DNA of 45,204 nucleotides from Escherichia phage vB_EcoS_L-h 1M: the sequence record NC_073086.1. The stretch is one strand, 5' to 3'. Positions 8,591 to 17,222 of the stretch are shown in pieces. Made by a program: the position numbers and the translations under genes. How positions within the stretch are numbered: position 1 is the stretch's first letter; each line of letters opens with the position of its first letter. The notes below the pieces were generated by a model. The model searched no databases, was not told where the DNA came from, and worked only from the letters and a program-made list of their open reading frames with translations.

Positions 8591-8621
8591 CGTTGGTCAT
8601 TAACCAACAGGAGACTGAATT

Positions 8622-8951
8622 ATGAATATCAAAGAAGCAATTGAAGTGTTATCTAATGCAATCCGCGGCGAAGCGGGTAAATCCTGGTATTACACAAANG
8701 NGGNGGATACTCTGTTATTTGAAGTGTCCAGATTATCGCGTGCTGAGAAGGAGCTTACCGCGAAGCTGGAACTACTCAATGGTACGGCAGCCAGCAAGCT
8801 GCAAAAGCACAATGAAGAAATGGAAGAANACAAAAAGCAGGTTATCCGTTTGCGCGACGAAGGGAAATCATGGGCGATGATTGCAGAGCTAACCGGAATT
8901 AATCAGAGCACCGTGCGATCCTGGGTACGCAATAATAAAACCTCTAAGTAA
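8622..8951 (+). CDS. HTH DNA-binding regulator
   Basis: C-terminal HTH 'SWAMIAELTGINQSTVRSWVRN'; first gene after TTGACA-N17-TAGTTT promoter. Confidence 0.6.
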   Translation: MNIKEAIEVLSNAIRGEAGKSWYYTXXXDTLLFEVSRLSRAEKELTAKLELLNGTAASKLQKHNEEMEEXKKQVIRLRDEGKSWAMIAELTGINQSTVRSWVRNNKTSK

Positions 8952-8961
8952 GGCAACGGCA

Positions 8962-11226
8962 ATGAGCTTAATTAAATTCGCAGTAACACGACCCGCTAAA
9001 AAAGGNGAAAAAGCCAGGGCGGAAAACTTCCAGATGACTACCGATGAGTTTTTCGAATTTATCAACGATGCGAAAGAAATCTCCTCGGTGCATATCAACA
9101 AGACGGAAGATAAAGCGGAGTATGCGCGCCGCAAGCGTAAGGCCGATGGCATTGTGGCTTATACCAGTGATGGGCTGCGCCGCAAGACCAGTGCCGTGGA
9201 TCGCTCGATCCTGTTCTTCGATATTGACCGTACCGACACCCGCACCTTGCGCCGCTGCCGTAAGGCGTTCATCGACGCGGGTCTTGAACACGTATTTCAC
9301 ACCACCACCGGCGACCGCCACCCGCTGAAGGGCGGCACGCGTTGCGCCCGTTTCCTGGTGCTAACGGATAAGCCCGTACCGGCGGAAGACCTGGGCCGCG
9401 TACAGTATGCACTATTACACCAACTCGGCCTGTCAGATGTGGACTTCGATGATTGCACGAAAGACACAAACCGCCTTATGTACCTGCCTCACCAGCAATC
9501 GGTTGTTAAGTGTCACTACGGCAAACGTGCCCGCGTCCGTCGTCTGATTCGCCTGGCGGATAAGCTGGGAGTGGAAAAAGAGGAAGTACGCCGCGAATTA
9601 ACCCAGGGCGATGACGGCGTGGCGGACGGCATTCTGGATTGGTGCTTCCAGGCAGGATTCGAACCGCTGTCGTCCGGTCGTGGTTATGAAGTGCCGTGCC
9701 CGAACGAACACCTGCACAGTGGTGAAGGGTCCACCGCTATCATGGTCAAGGATGGCGAGATCCGTTTCAAGTGTATGCACACTGGCAACGAGTGTTGCTC
9801 GGAACTGAACAGACACCAGCACCTGGCGCTACGTCTTATCGGGATACCGGACCACCTGAACGTCGAACCACACAACATGTCTCGTAAGCAAATCGCCGCC
9901 ATTCTCCCCGGACTGGACGACGAGGAAGTGGAATCGTGCTATGCGCATATAGTTGATGCGGTCGGTGACGGCGACGAGTACGGCGTATGTACCGACGCGG
10001 ACCTGGATAACGAACCGGTCGCACTGTTCAGTAAGCACGACCCGATCATCGAGGGGTTGATTAACTTCAAATCGACCTGGTATATGGCTGGCGAATCGAA
10101 CATCGGTAAATCGTTCTACGTGCTGGGCCAAATGGGTGCGGTTGCCGCGGGGATTCCGTTCGGAGGTGCGAAGGTCGTCCAGTCTCATTGCTTCTATTTC
10201 GACGCGGAAGGTGGTGAAGCCTCCAACCAGCGTAAGGAAGCATTGCAGATCAAATATGAGCACGACCTGGACAAGCTGCACATTATCGATCTGCAATCAC
10301 GCGGCTGGGATATCACCAGCAAATCCGGCTTGCGTGAAGTTATCAGCTTCATCAACCGCACCGCTAACGGCGAACCGGTTGGCCTGGTGGCCTTCGACTC
10401 CCTCAACCAGACTGTTGCGTTGCGGTCCGCCGATGCTAAACCGTTCGACGAGAACAACGCCAGCGATATGGGTGAAGTGGTCAAAGCGCNGAAGGCCATT
10501 GNGGAAAANACCGGNGGNNGNGNTGGNGTCANCCNCCNCCCGGNGAAGGGNGCAAACGGCAGCAGANCCCCCCNCGGGNCCGGCGCGCNGCATGGTGCTG
10601 TTGATTCTGCGTTCTTCCTTGAGCAACCGGACGACAACCAGCCGGGCCAGTTGAACCTGTATCACGAAAAGGCACGTAACGGCATCAAGCAAGCGCCGCG
10701 CGGCTTCGTCCTGCTCAAGTGCAAGGTTAAGGTGGATCTCCGCAAGTCCGAAGCGTTCGAAGCCCACCAGTCCACCAGCACCGGGCCGGACTTTGGCGAC
10801 GTCGTTGCCGGTTGGGACGTCAAGCCAATTGCCTCCACGCCACGCGACGAGACTCTTTACCTCGTACCGGTCGCCCTGGCACCGTTCGCTATTGAGCAGG
10901 CGAAGGCCGCGGGCAAAGCAGCCGTTAAGGAAGAAAACGCCGCAGGACCGCGCAACGAGAAAGAGAAAGTGCTTTATGCGGCACTGGAAAAACTGATGGA
11001 AGATAACCCGGACCATACCGGATTCAGTAAATCGGCAATTGTCCGCCAGGCTGGGCTTGCGAAAGGGGGCACATCGACGAAGGCAATAGACGATATGGTG
11101 GAGCGCGGCGTGCTAGGTTTTTATACAGATCCGCACACTGGGGCCATCTATGGGTCGTCGAATATCGTCATCAAAACAAATATACCCATCACGCTTTCGG
11201 CGACCGATGATGATTTAAAAGATTAA
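8962..11226 (+). CDS. DNA primase/helicase (primase-like N-terminus, zinc-binding region, P-loop NTPase)
   Basis: 754 aa; Walker A 'GESNIGKS'; Cys/His cluster 'CPNEHLHSGEG...CMHTGNECC'; N-run 10490-10590. Confidence 0.65.
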   Translation: MSLIKFAVTRPAKKXEKARAENFQMTTDEFFEFINDAKEISSVHINKTEDKAEYARRKRKADGIVAYTSDGLRRKTSAVDRSILFFDIDRTDTRTLRRCRKAFIDAGLEHVFHTTTGDRHPLKGGTRCARFLVLTDKPVPAEDLGRVQYALLHQLGLSDVDFDDCTKDTNRLMYLPHQQSVVKCHYGKRARVRRLIRLADKLGVEKEEVRRELTQGDDGVADGILDWCFQAGFEPLSSGRGYEVPCPNEHLHSGEGSTAIMVKDGEIRFKCMHTGNECCSELNRHQHLALRLIGIPDHLNVEPHNMSRKQIAAILPGLDDEEVESCYAHIVDAVGDGDEYGVCTDADLDNEPVALFSKHDPIIEGLINFKSTWYMAGESNIGKSFYVLGQMGAVAAGIPFGGAKVVQSHCFYFDAEGGEASNQRKEALQIKYEHDLDKLHIIDLQSRGWDITSKSGLREVISFINRTANGEPVGLVAFDSLNQTVALRSADAKPFDENNASDMGEVVKAXKAIXEXTXXXXXVXXXPXKXANGSRXPXGXGAXHGAVDSAFFLEQPDDNQPGQLNLYHEKARNGIKQAPRGFVLLKCKVKVDLRKSEAFEAHQSTSTGPDFGDVVAGWDVKPIASTPRDETLYLVPVALAPFAIEQAKAAGKAAVKEENAAGPRNEKEKVLYAALEKLMEDNPDHTGFSKSAIVRQAGLAKGGTSTKAIDDMVERGVLGFYTDPHTGAIYGSSNIVIKTNIPITLSATDDDLKD

Positions 11227-11330
11227 ATTTTGCGCGCATTGGTTGCCATTTTGAGTGTTTTTAGCTGGTCGCATTGGTTGCCGTGTGGTGTAAATATAGT
11301 GAATAGTTATGCAATAAAACTGCATAAAGT

Positions 11331-11489
11331 AAGCGGGACAAAAAGCGGGACAGACCAGGGGCGGGACAAAGCGGGACAGCACCCCTGTCCCACCCCGGAT
11401 GACGCGGCCTGGCGGGGAGCGGGACAGGCGGGACAAACCCCAGTCTTTCAGACTAGACGGGGGTCAGTTGGCCCCCTCGTCTGAGACTG
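11331..11489 (+). repeat. composite element copy A: GCGGGACA iteron array plus GC-rich stem-loop
   Basis: 6 direct + 1 inverted GGGACA(G/A) units within 11331-11428; hairpin region 11441-11489. Confidence 0.7.
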
Positions 11490-11648
11490 CATAAAATCCG
11501 GGATTGCATAATACACGGCAGCATATTGGAAATCGCGGTCGTCGCTGAACTAGGCAACCAATGCGAGTTGCAGAATGGTGGGTGGGGAATGCAGTATGCA
11601 GTTACAGCAGATAGCGATCAACTTTTTCATGCGCATGATTAATATTGG

Positions 11649-11685
11649 TTGCATTCGTGCCAGCACCCTGCTAGATTGGTTGCAC
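11649..11685 (+). promoter_or_regulatory. promoter with ATTGGTTGCA operator-like repeats
   Basis: TTGCAT - 17 bp - TAGATT (11672-11677), followed by GGTTGCAC; motif also at 11644-11653. Confidence 0.5.
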
Positions 11686-11705
11686 ACCAACAAGAGGACT
11701 GAACA

Positions 11706-12032
11706 ATGAAAAAATTAATCTGGAATTACGCAATGGCTATGGCGAAGGCACAAGAAGCGGCGGAGTTCGCCGGTGAGGGGGTGGAAGCAGTAGAAAGACT
11801 ATCGGCAGCGTGGGCCGTTGTGCGGGTGATGCGGCGGGCCATCGCCGTTATGCTTGAGCGCCGCTTCGACACGATGGAAGAGATCCAGCCACTGGCGAAC
11901 GCCATCCAGGACTACGCGCTTGCATTCTCCCGTGAGCGCCTGGCGTATCGCTTCGGGATCGGTGAGACGGCAGTGACAAACGTCGCCCGGATTAAAGCAC
12001 AGCGCGAACTATTTGCCCAGCTTGCGAAATAA
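11706..12032 (+). CDS. hypothetical early protein
   Basis: ORF preceded by TTGCAT-N17-TAGATT promoter and conserved leader 'ACCAACAAGAGGACTGAACAATG'. Confidence 0.5.
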   Translation: MKKLIWNYAMAMAKAQEAAEFAGEGVEAVERLSAAWAVVRVMRRAIAVMLERRFDTMEEIQPLANAIQDYALAFSRERLAYRFGIGETAVTNVARIKAQRELFAQLAK

Positions 12033-12040
12033 GGGCCAAA

Positions 12041-12310
12041 ATGGTCCGCAGACGAGCTAAACAGCTTTCGTGGCATATTCCACTGCATTGTATACGCATA
12101 TGGGCTAAGAATGCGACTGAGGGCGATTCTGTGTTCTGGAGCTATCGCGACGATGTGAAGCCGTTGACGCAGACACGCTACTTGCACCAGTTCGCAGCAA
12201 AACACGATTTCAGGGTGCGGACCTCCTTGCAACCAATGGGAATCCGTATTACATTACGCCGGAAGCCCGCCGTTGAGCGGGTAGGCAAACACTGGAGACT
12301 AAGCAAATGA
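12041..12310 (+). CDS. hypothetical protein
   Basis: ORF track; AAGGG RBS; stop overlaps next ATG (ATGA). Confidence 0.35.
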   Translation: MVRRRAKQLSWHIPLHCIRIWAKNATEGDSVFWSYRDDVKPLTQTRYLHQFAAKHDFRVRTSLQPMGIRITLRRKPAVERVGKHWRLSK

Positions 12311-12459
12311 CCAAAGTCGAGAGTAAGGCCACCGGTCTGATCTATCTTGTGGTGTGGGAGGGGAACGGGTGTGTTACGCTCATGTACCCAAAAACAAAAG
12401 AGCGCCACACTATCAGCCAATTTACCCTGAACAAAAACTACAGGAGACTGAGCAAATGA
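12307..12459 (+). CDS. small hypothetical protein (50 aa)
   Basis: ATG 12307 overlaps upstream stop; its own stop overlaps ATG of next gene (ATGA); below ORF-track size cutoff. Confidence 0.3.
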   Translation: MTKVESKATGLIYLVVWEGNGCVTLMYPKTKERHTISQFTLNKNYRRLSK

Positions 12460-13073
12460 AATTACTATTCCGCCGCAAATCAGACGGCAAAATCCTTAGA
12501 CCAATACAGACCCTTGTGGCACACGTCCGCTTGCACCACGCCGCGAGTGATCGGGTTTGGTGGGCGAGTAAGGCAAAGCTGCCGGAGAAATACGATATTG
12601 TCACGCATGATATCGAGCGCGGCGATGTGCTGCGTGATATTCGCGACGGCAGTATGTGGATCGTCGAGTATGTCGGGCTTCATGGCCTGCGTATGCAAAA
12701 CCGCAAGGATGGCGTCGCCGGTATGACTTACTTCGGCCTTGTCAACTACGAGCGAGTAGGCCGCAAATACTGCATTCGTGACCGCCAGCCGCATGCGCGA
12801 TCGAGCGCCATAGCGGACGCAGTTAACCGCGTAACGCATGACGTGGCGCAGAAGACGCGTGTGGAGTTCCGCAAGTCGCAGCCCGCCTACGCGACCTACG
12901 ACTCCCACCAGGTGCAAGCGAAGATGGGCAACGCAGTACGCCAAATCGTCAATCGCTTTGATGCCGTGACGAACGCACAGCGCCATGCGCAGGAGTATGG
13001 CGTTGGATTCATCCGGGTGGAACGAGACGGCAGCGTGAAAGCCATCGACCCGCGCTCGGTGATTCTGAAATGA
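12456..13073 (+). CDS. hypothetical early protein
   Basis: ATG 12456 with leader 'CAGGAGACTGAGCAAATG'; 205 aa. Confidence 0.5.
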   Translation: MKLLFRRKSDGKILRPIQTLVAHVRLHHAASDRVWWASKAKLPEKYDIVTHDIERGDVLRDIRDGSMWIVEYVGLHGLRMQNRKDGVAGMTYFGLVNYERVGRKYCIRDRQPHARSSAIADAVNRVTHDVAQKTRVEFRKSQPAYATYDSHQVQAKMGNAVRQIVNRFDAVTNAQRHAQEYGVGFIRVERDGSVKAIDPRSVILK

Positions 13074-13194
13074 GTGCGACTATCCGTGATATGCTTCAGC
13101 ATAACCGCTTCGAGATAGGCGGTCGGGTATTTCGCAATTACTTCGTGGCGCGTGCATGGGCGCGCCATATTGGCAAACCGGAAGGGGCAATTCG

Positions 13195-13482
13195 ATGCTA
13201 CACGACGTGATTTATTGGTTTGGTTTGATCTGCGGGATGTGCCTGCTTACCGCGGTGCTGTTGGGTGTCCTGATGTTCGTAGTATGGCCTGCAGTGGAAG
13301 CCGCCAGCATTACCCGCATGACGTTCGAGATCTACAAGCGCCGTGGAATCACGGAGCACCCGACCAGGTTGCGCATGTGGTGGCTGTGGTATCGGGATAT
13401 GATAGGCGGTCGAACATTCGAGGCCGTCCGGTCGGACGGGTGGGAGTGGAAAGGCGTCGGCAAGTGGTCCATTTTCGATTAA
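13195..13482 (+). CDS. small membrane protein
   Basis: ATG 13195 with GGAAGGGG RBS; one TM helix 'VIYWFGLICGMCLLTAVLLGVLMFVVW'; terminator follows. Confidence 0.4.
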   Translation: MLHDVIYWFGLICGMCLLTAVLLGVLMFVVWPAVEAASITRMTFEIYKRRGITEHPTRLRMWWLWYRDMIGGRTFEAVRSDGWEWKGVGKWSIFD

Positions 13483-13500
13483 TTATGCAAGCGTGATATA

Positions 13501-13535
13501 GTCCCAGTGAGCTAAAACTTACTGGGACTTTTTTT
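13501..13535 (+). terminator. rho-independent terminator
   Basis: stem GTCCCAGT / ACTGGGAC followed by T7; abuts ATG 13536. Confidence 0.5.
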
Positions 13536-13826
13536 ATGGATAAGATAAACGAGTGGCTATTTGCCATCGCATGTCTGGCTGGCGGCTTCGTAGGCGCACG
13601 CATTCATGGCGAGGCTACGAAAGGGCCGCTAAACTTCGTTTTATATATCGTGGTCGGCTTCCTGTGCGCCATATTTGGTGCGCCNNCTATCGCCGAGTGG
13701 GCTGGCTTATCTGGCGAGCGCACTGTCGCCGGTTTGGGCTTCGTAACTGCAATCTTCTGGATGCCAATAGCCGCCCGGATCAGGGAGACTATTGAGTCGT
13801 TCCGACTTCCGGGGGGCGCAAAATGA
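13536..13826 (+). CDS. holin-like membrane protein
   Basis: 96 aa with 2-3 predicted TM helices, immediately upstream of endolysin. Confidence 0.5.
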   Translation: MDKINEWLFAIACLAGGFVGARIHGEATKGPLNFVLYIVVGFLCAIFGAXXIAEWAGLSGERTVAGLGFVTAIFWMPIAARIRETIESFRLPGGAK

Positions 13827-14068
13827 TTATCTCCGTCCTGTTGTTTGTTATCATAGGGGCTTCGTCCCTGTTTAACGTGTATGCGCCGTCCGTCCAGGAT
13901 GGCATTTTAGGCCGGGTGTTATATCTGCTAACGGCGATGATCTGCGTTATCGGATTGTTGCAAACGGGAGACGTATCAGACACCACCTGGACCGCGTTAA
14001 TCTGGCTGTTTGCATTGCGCACGCTGCGTAATGCTGTTTTGAATGGGGTAAAACATGCGATTCAGTGA
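13823..14068 (+). CDS. membrane protein (holin/antiholin-like)
   Basis: 81 aa, hydrophobic helices, overlaps start of endolysin gene. Confidence 0.45.
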   Translation: MIISVLLFVIIGASSLFNVYAPSVQDGILGRVLYLLTAMICVIGLLQTGDVSDTTWTALIWLFALRTLRNAVLNGVKHAIQ

Positions 14069-14546
14069 CAACGGTCTACGATTTACGGCAGCATGGGAGA
14101 CGTTCAGCCCGATGCCGTATTTCGCGACTAAGAAAGAGCAGGCCCGCGGCCTGTACACCTGGGGTTATGGTCACACCGGAACTAACCCGCCTCGAAGCAT
14201 TACCCGCGCGGAAGCGCTGGAGCTACTCAAGCGTGACGTGGCGTATGCTGAGAACTGGGTGAACAAGTACGCACATCCGAGCATCAACCAGGCGCAATTC
14301 GACGCGCTGGTGGACCTGGTAATCAATGCGGGTCAGGGTCCGATCGTACCGGACCATATCGCTAATGACTTCGATGATGCAGTGCGACTGGGCGACTGGG
14401 CGAAGGTCCGTGCTACTCTGCCGCAGTTCCGCAAGCAAGGCGGGGAAGTGCTTAAGGGTCTGGTCCGTCGAGCAATCGGCAGACAAGCGCTATTCGATGG
14501 TAAGCAGTGGGACGTTGCCGAGAAGATCGGACGTAACGCAGCATAA
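14055..14546 (+). CDS. endolysin, lysozyme (GH24, P22 gp19/T4 lysozyme type)
   Basis: 'SDNGLRFTAAWE...GLYTWGYGHTG...INQAQFDALVDLVINAG' matches lysozyme catalytic region. Confidence 0.7.
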   Translation: MRFSDNGLRFTAAWETFSPMPYFATKKEQARGLYTWGYGHTGTNPPRSITRAEALELLKRDVAYAENWVNKYAHPSINQAQFDALVDLVINAGQGPIVPDHIANDFDDAVRLGDWAKVRATLPQFRKQGGEVLKGLVRRAIGRQALFDGKQWDVAEKIGRNAA

Positions 14547-14562
14547 TACGGGGTAACACAGT

Positions 14563-14964
14563 ATGTTAGATTCGATCTTGCGACGTAAAGAACGCATTAT
14601 CAAGACACTGCCCGCAGTGCAGAACCCAGAAGCGCGCCGCATCCTGGCGGGCGATATGAATATTTCAGGAGTCTTTGACAAGGCGGTGCCTGAAGGGACG
14701 CCGGTGGCGAGCGCTACCGTTACCATCACGCCAGCTACCGCCGCAGTTGGTGAGACAGCCGCCGCGACTGTTGCCATCCTGCCATCCGGCGCTACCAACA
14801 AGGCCGGGTCGTGGGTGTCTGCTAACCCTAACCGCGCCTCAATCAATCCGACTACCGGCGAAATCACCGCGAAAGCTGCGGGTAACGTCCGCATCGTTTG
14901 GGTGGCGTCAGACGGTAGCGGGGTGCAGGCTGACGCAGGCTTCACAGTAACGGCAGCAGAGTAA
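14563..14964 (+). CDS. Ig-like (Big_2-type) domain protein
   Basis: C-terminal 'ATVTITPATAAVGETAAATVAILPSGATNK...VRIVWVASDGSGVQADAGFTVTA' resembles bacterial Ig-like domain; terminator downstream. Confidence 0.45.
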   Translation: MLDSILRRKERIIKTLPAVQNPEARRILAGDMNISGVFDKAVPEGTPVASATVTITPATAAVGETAAATVAILPSGATNKAGSWVSANPNRASINPTTGEITAKAAGNVRIVWVASDGSGVQADAGFTVTAAE

Positions 14965-14970
14965 TTTAAC

Positions 14971-14997
14971 AAGCCCGGTTAATTCCGGGCTTTTTAT
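14971..14997 (+). terminator. rho-independent terminator
   Basis: stem AGCCCGG / CCGGGCT, loop TTAATT, then TTTTTATT. Confidence 0.6.
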
Positions 14998-15201
14998 TGC
15001 TTGACTTGCAACCAACATAGACGCCATACTGCGACCAATCAACGAGAGGAGTAGTAACTATGGCACGTAATGATATTTGGGTTTTGGCGATCTGGACCAC
15101 CGCAGCATTCATTGGCATGGTTATTTGCGAATTGCTATAACCCGCCACAATAGGGACCGTGGTATATTGTCCTCGGTCCCATAATCAGGAATGGATTAAA
15201 T

Positions 15202-16344
15202 ATGCACCCGCAAACTAAAATCACCGACGAGCAATTGATCGCCGAGTTGCAATCCGGCACTACCGCGAAAGAGATTGCGAAGAAGTACGGTCTTTCCCTC
15301 CGAAATGTCTACATGCGAAAAGCCCGCCTGTCGAAGAAAGGTATTGGTCACGGTAACGATGCCGTAATCCGTAAGCGCGTTGCCGATGGCTTCGGCGTTA
15401 AGCGTGTCTCCGCCCTGGTGCGCGGAAATGGCGAAGAGGTCATGTCGTGGGTTATCACTGAGCAGGACAAGGAGCGCCAGCTTGAGGCAATGCGCGCCGT
15501 TGTCGAGGGTATGAACAGCGAAATCAAACCGGCAGCACCCGTAAGCGCCCCGCCGGTCCCGATCCATGCGCTCGACCTACTCAACCTGTACACCGTGTCC
15601 GACTTCCACCTGGGCATGTTGGCCTGGGGCGAGGAGACTGGCGAAGACTGGGATATGGCGATTGCCGAAGACCTGTTCTACCGCTGGTTTGTCGAAGCCT
15701 TCGCACGCGCACCGGACGCAGGCACTGCCGTAATTAATATCCTCGGTGATATGGCCCACTTTGATAGCCTCGATGCCGTCACTCCCGCCAGCGGTCACGT
15801 ACTGGACGCGGATACCCGCTACCAGAAACTGGTCCGATACATGATTCGCATGGTGCGCAACGTGGTAGACCTGGCGCTGCAGAAACACCACAAAGTCAAA
15901 CTGCTAATCGTCCAGGGGAATCATGACGAGTCGGGCATGATTTGGCTGGCTGAAATGTTCCATACTCTGTACGAGAACGAGCCACGCGTCGATGTGGATA
16001 CGTCCCCGGACGTATACAAAATGGTGCAGCACGGCAAGACCACGCTGTTCTTCCACCACGGGCACAAAGCGCGCTTCGATGCCATCGAAACCGTCATGAT
16101 TTCAAAATTCAGACAGGCTTTCGGGTCCAGCGAGTACAGCTACGCGCATGTAGGCCACTTGCACCACCAGAAGATTGTAGAATCCCGCAACATGATTGTT
16201 GAACAACACCGGACCCTCGCAGCGAAAGACGCATATGCCAGCCGCGGCGGTTGGATGTCCGGTCGTAGTGCCAACGTAATCACCTATAGCGCCAACTACG
16301 GCGAAGTAGCGCGCCTGACCATTAGCCCGGAAATGTTGAAATGA
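15202..16344 (+). CDS. HTH domain fused to calcineurin-like metallophosphoesterase
   Basis: N-terminal HTH 'TAKEIAKKYGLSLRNVYMRKARL'; phosphoesterase motifs 'DFHLG','GDMAHFD','GNHDE','HHGH','GHLHH'. Confidence 0.65.
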   Translation: MHPQTKITDEQLIAELQSGTTAKEIAKKYGLSLRNVYMRKARLSKKGIGHGNDAVIRKRVADGFGVKRVSALVRGNGEEVMSWVITEQDKERQLEAMRAVVEGMNSEIKPAAPVSAPPVPIHALDLLNLYTVSDFHLGMLAWGEETGEDWDMAIAEDLFYRWFVEAFARAPDAGTAVINILGDMAHFDSLDAVTPASGHVLDADTRYQKLVRYMIRMVRNVVDLALQKHHKVKLLIVQGNHDESGMIWLAEMFHTLYENEPRVDVDTSPDVYKMVQHGKTTLFFHHGHKARFDAIETVMISKFRQAFGSSEYSYAHVGHLHHQKIVESRNMIVEQHRTLAAKDAYASRGGWMSGRSANVITYSANYGEVARLTISPEMLK

Positions 16345-16553
16345 TTAGACAAGTATTCATGAGCACGCAGGCGGACCGCCTGAAGGAACTACGCAAACAA
16401 CTGGAAGGATTGCGCCGATTCGAACGAACGGCAGCGGCAATCGGCATGTCTATCAGCGAGCGGATCGAGATACTATCGCAAATACGCTACACAGAAGGCG
16501 CTATACGCGAAGTAGAAAGCATGTTAACCCGATACTACGGTCGCGCCGTTTAA
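16341..16553 (+). CDS. hypothetical protein
   Basis: ORF track; overlaps upstream stop; followed by terminator. Confidence 0.35.
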   Translation: MIRQVFMSTQADRLKELRKQLEGLRRFERTAAAIGMSISERIEILSQIRYTEGAIREVESMLTRYYGRAV

Positions 16554-16560
16554 CCCTCCT

Positions 16561-16587
16561 AGCCCGCCGATTTGGTGGGCTTTTTTG
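16561..16587 (+). terminator. rho-independent terminator
   Basis: imperfect stem AGCCCGCC / GGTGGGCT followed by T6. Confidence 0.45.
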
Positions 16588-16591
16588 TGCC

Positions 16592-16600
16592 TGTTATAAT
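16592..16600 (+). promoter_or_regulatory. extended -10 promoter candidate upstream of terminase genes
   Basis: TGTTATAAT directly after terminator 16561-16587. Confidence 0.35.
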
Positions 16601-16670
16601 CCCCCTTAGATGGCAGGGCCGTCTCCTATGTTGCCGATGGTCGGCGCATATGCACAAAAGGGCTTATATC

Positions 16671-17222
16671 ATGGCAGAAATCAAAGTTAAGGGCCGTCGC
16701 GCTAAACTGGACGGACGAGTAGCAGTTACCCCGCGCCGTAAACCAGGCGAGCAAACAGAACATACCAATCTCGGGCCGGAGATCGAATACGGCAAGCGCC
16801 GCAGAGGTGGCAAATGTGGACGCCCTACCGACTACCGTTCCGTGTATTGTGACCAACTTCGACGCTATTTCGCCGATGCCGTAGCCTGGCAAGTTAACTA
16901 CTCCGACAAGGGTGCTGCGCAAGTAATTCCCCGCAACATGATGCCTACCTTTGGTCGCTTCGCCGCAAAGATTGGCGTAGGCGTCGCATGCCTTTATCGC
17001 TGGGCGCGCGCACATGAGGAGTTCGCCGAGGCAATGGCTGACGCTATGGAGCTACAGAAAACCTTCCTGATGGAAGCTGGCGGCGTGACCATCGCGGCGG
17101 GCTTCGCTACCTTCCTGCTTAAAGCCAACCACGGCGTCCGGGACGATGTACCGCTGGATGACGACGAAGATGATAACGGCGACGTCGTTGTGGAACCTAC
17201 CGGCAAAGGTCAGGGTGATTAA
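16671..17222 (+). CDS. terminase small subunit (putative)
   Basis: ATG 16671 with AAAGGG RBS; HTH-like 'FGRFAAKIGVGVACLYRWARAHEEF'; acidic C-terminus; directly upstream of large terminase. Confidence 0.5.
   Translation: MAEIKVKGRRAKLDGRVAVTPRRKPGEQTEHTNLGPEIEYGKRRRGGKCGRPTDYRSVYCDQLRRYFADAVAWQVNYSDKGAAQVIPRNMMPTFGRFAAKIGVGVACLYRWARAHEEFAEAMADAMELQKTFLMEAGGVTIAAGFATFLLKANHGVRDDVPLDDDEDDNGDVVVEPTGKGQGD

Noticed and set aside
11331-11428. Possible CRISPR array suggested by the many GGGACA repeats (also at 27688-27947)
   Set aside because: Units are 8-mers with irregular 9-16 bp spacing and mixed orientation, with no 25-40 bp repeats separated by unique spacers and no cas genes.
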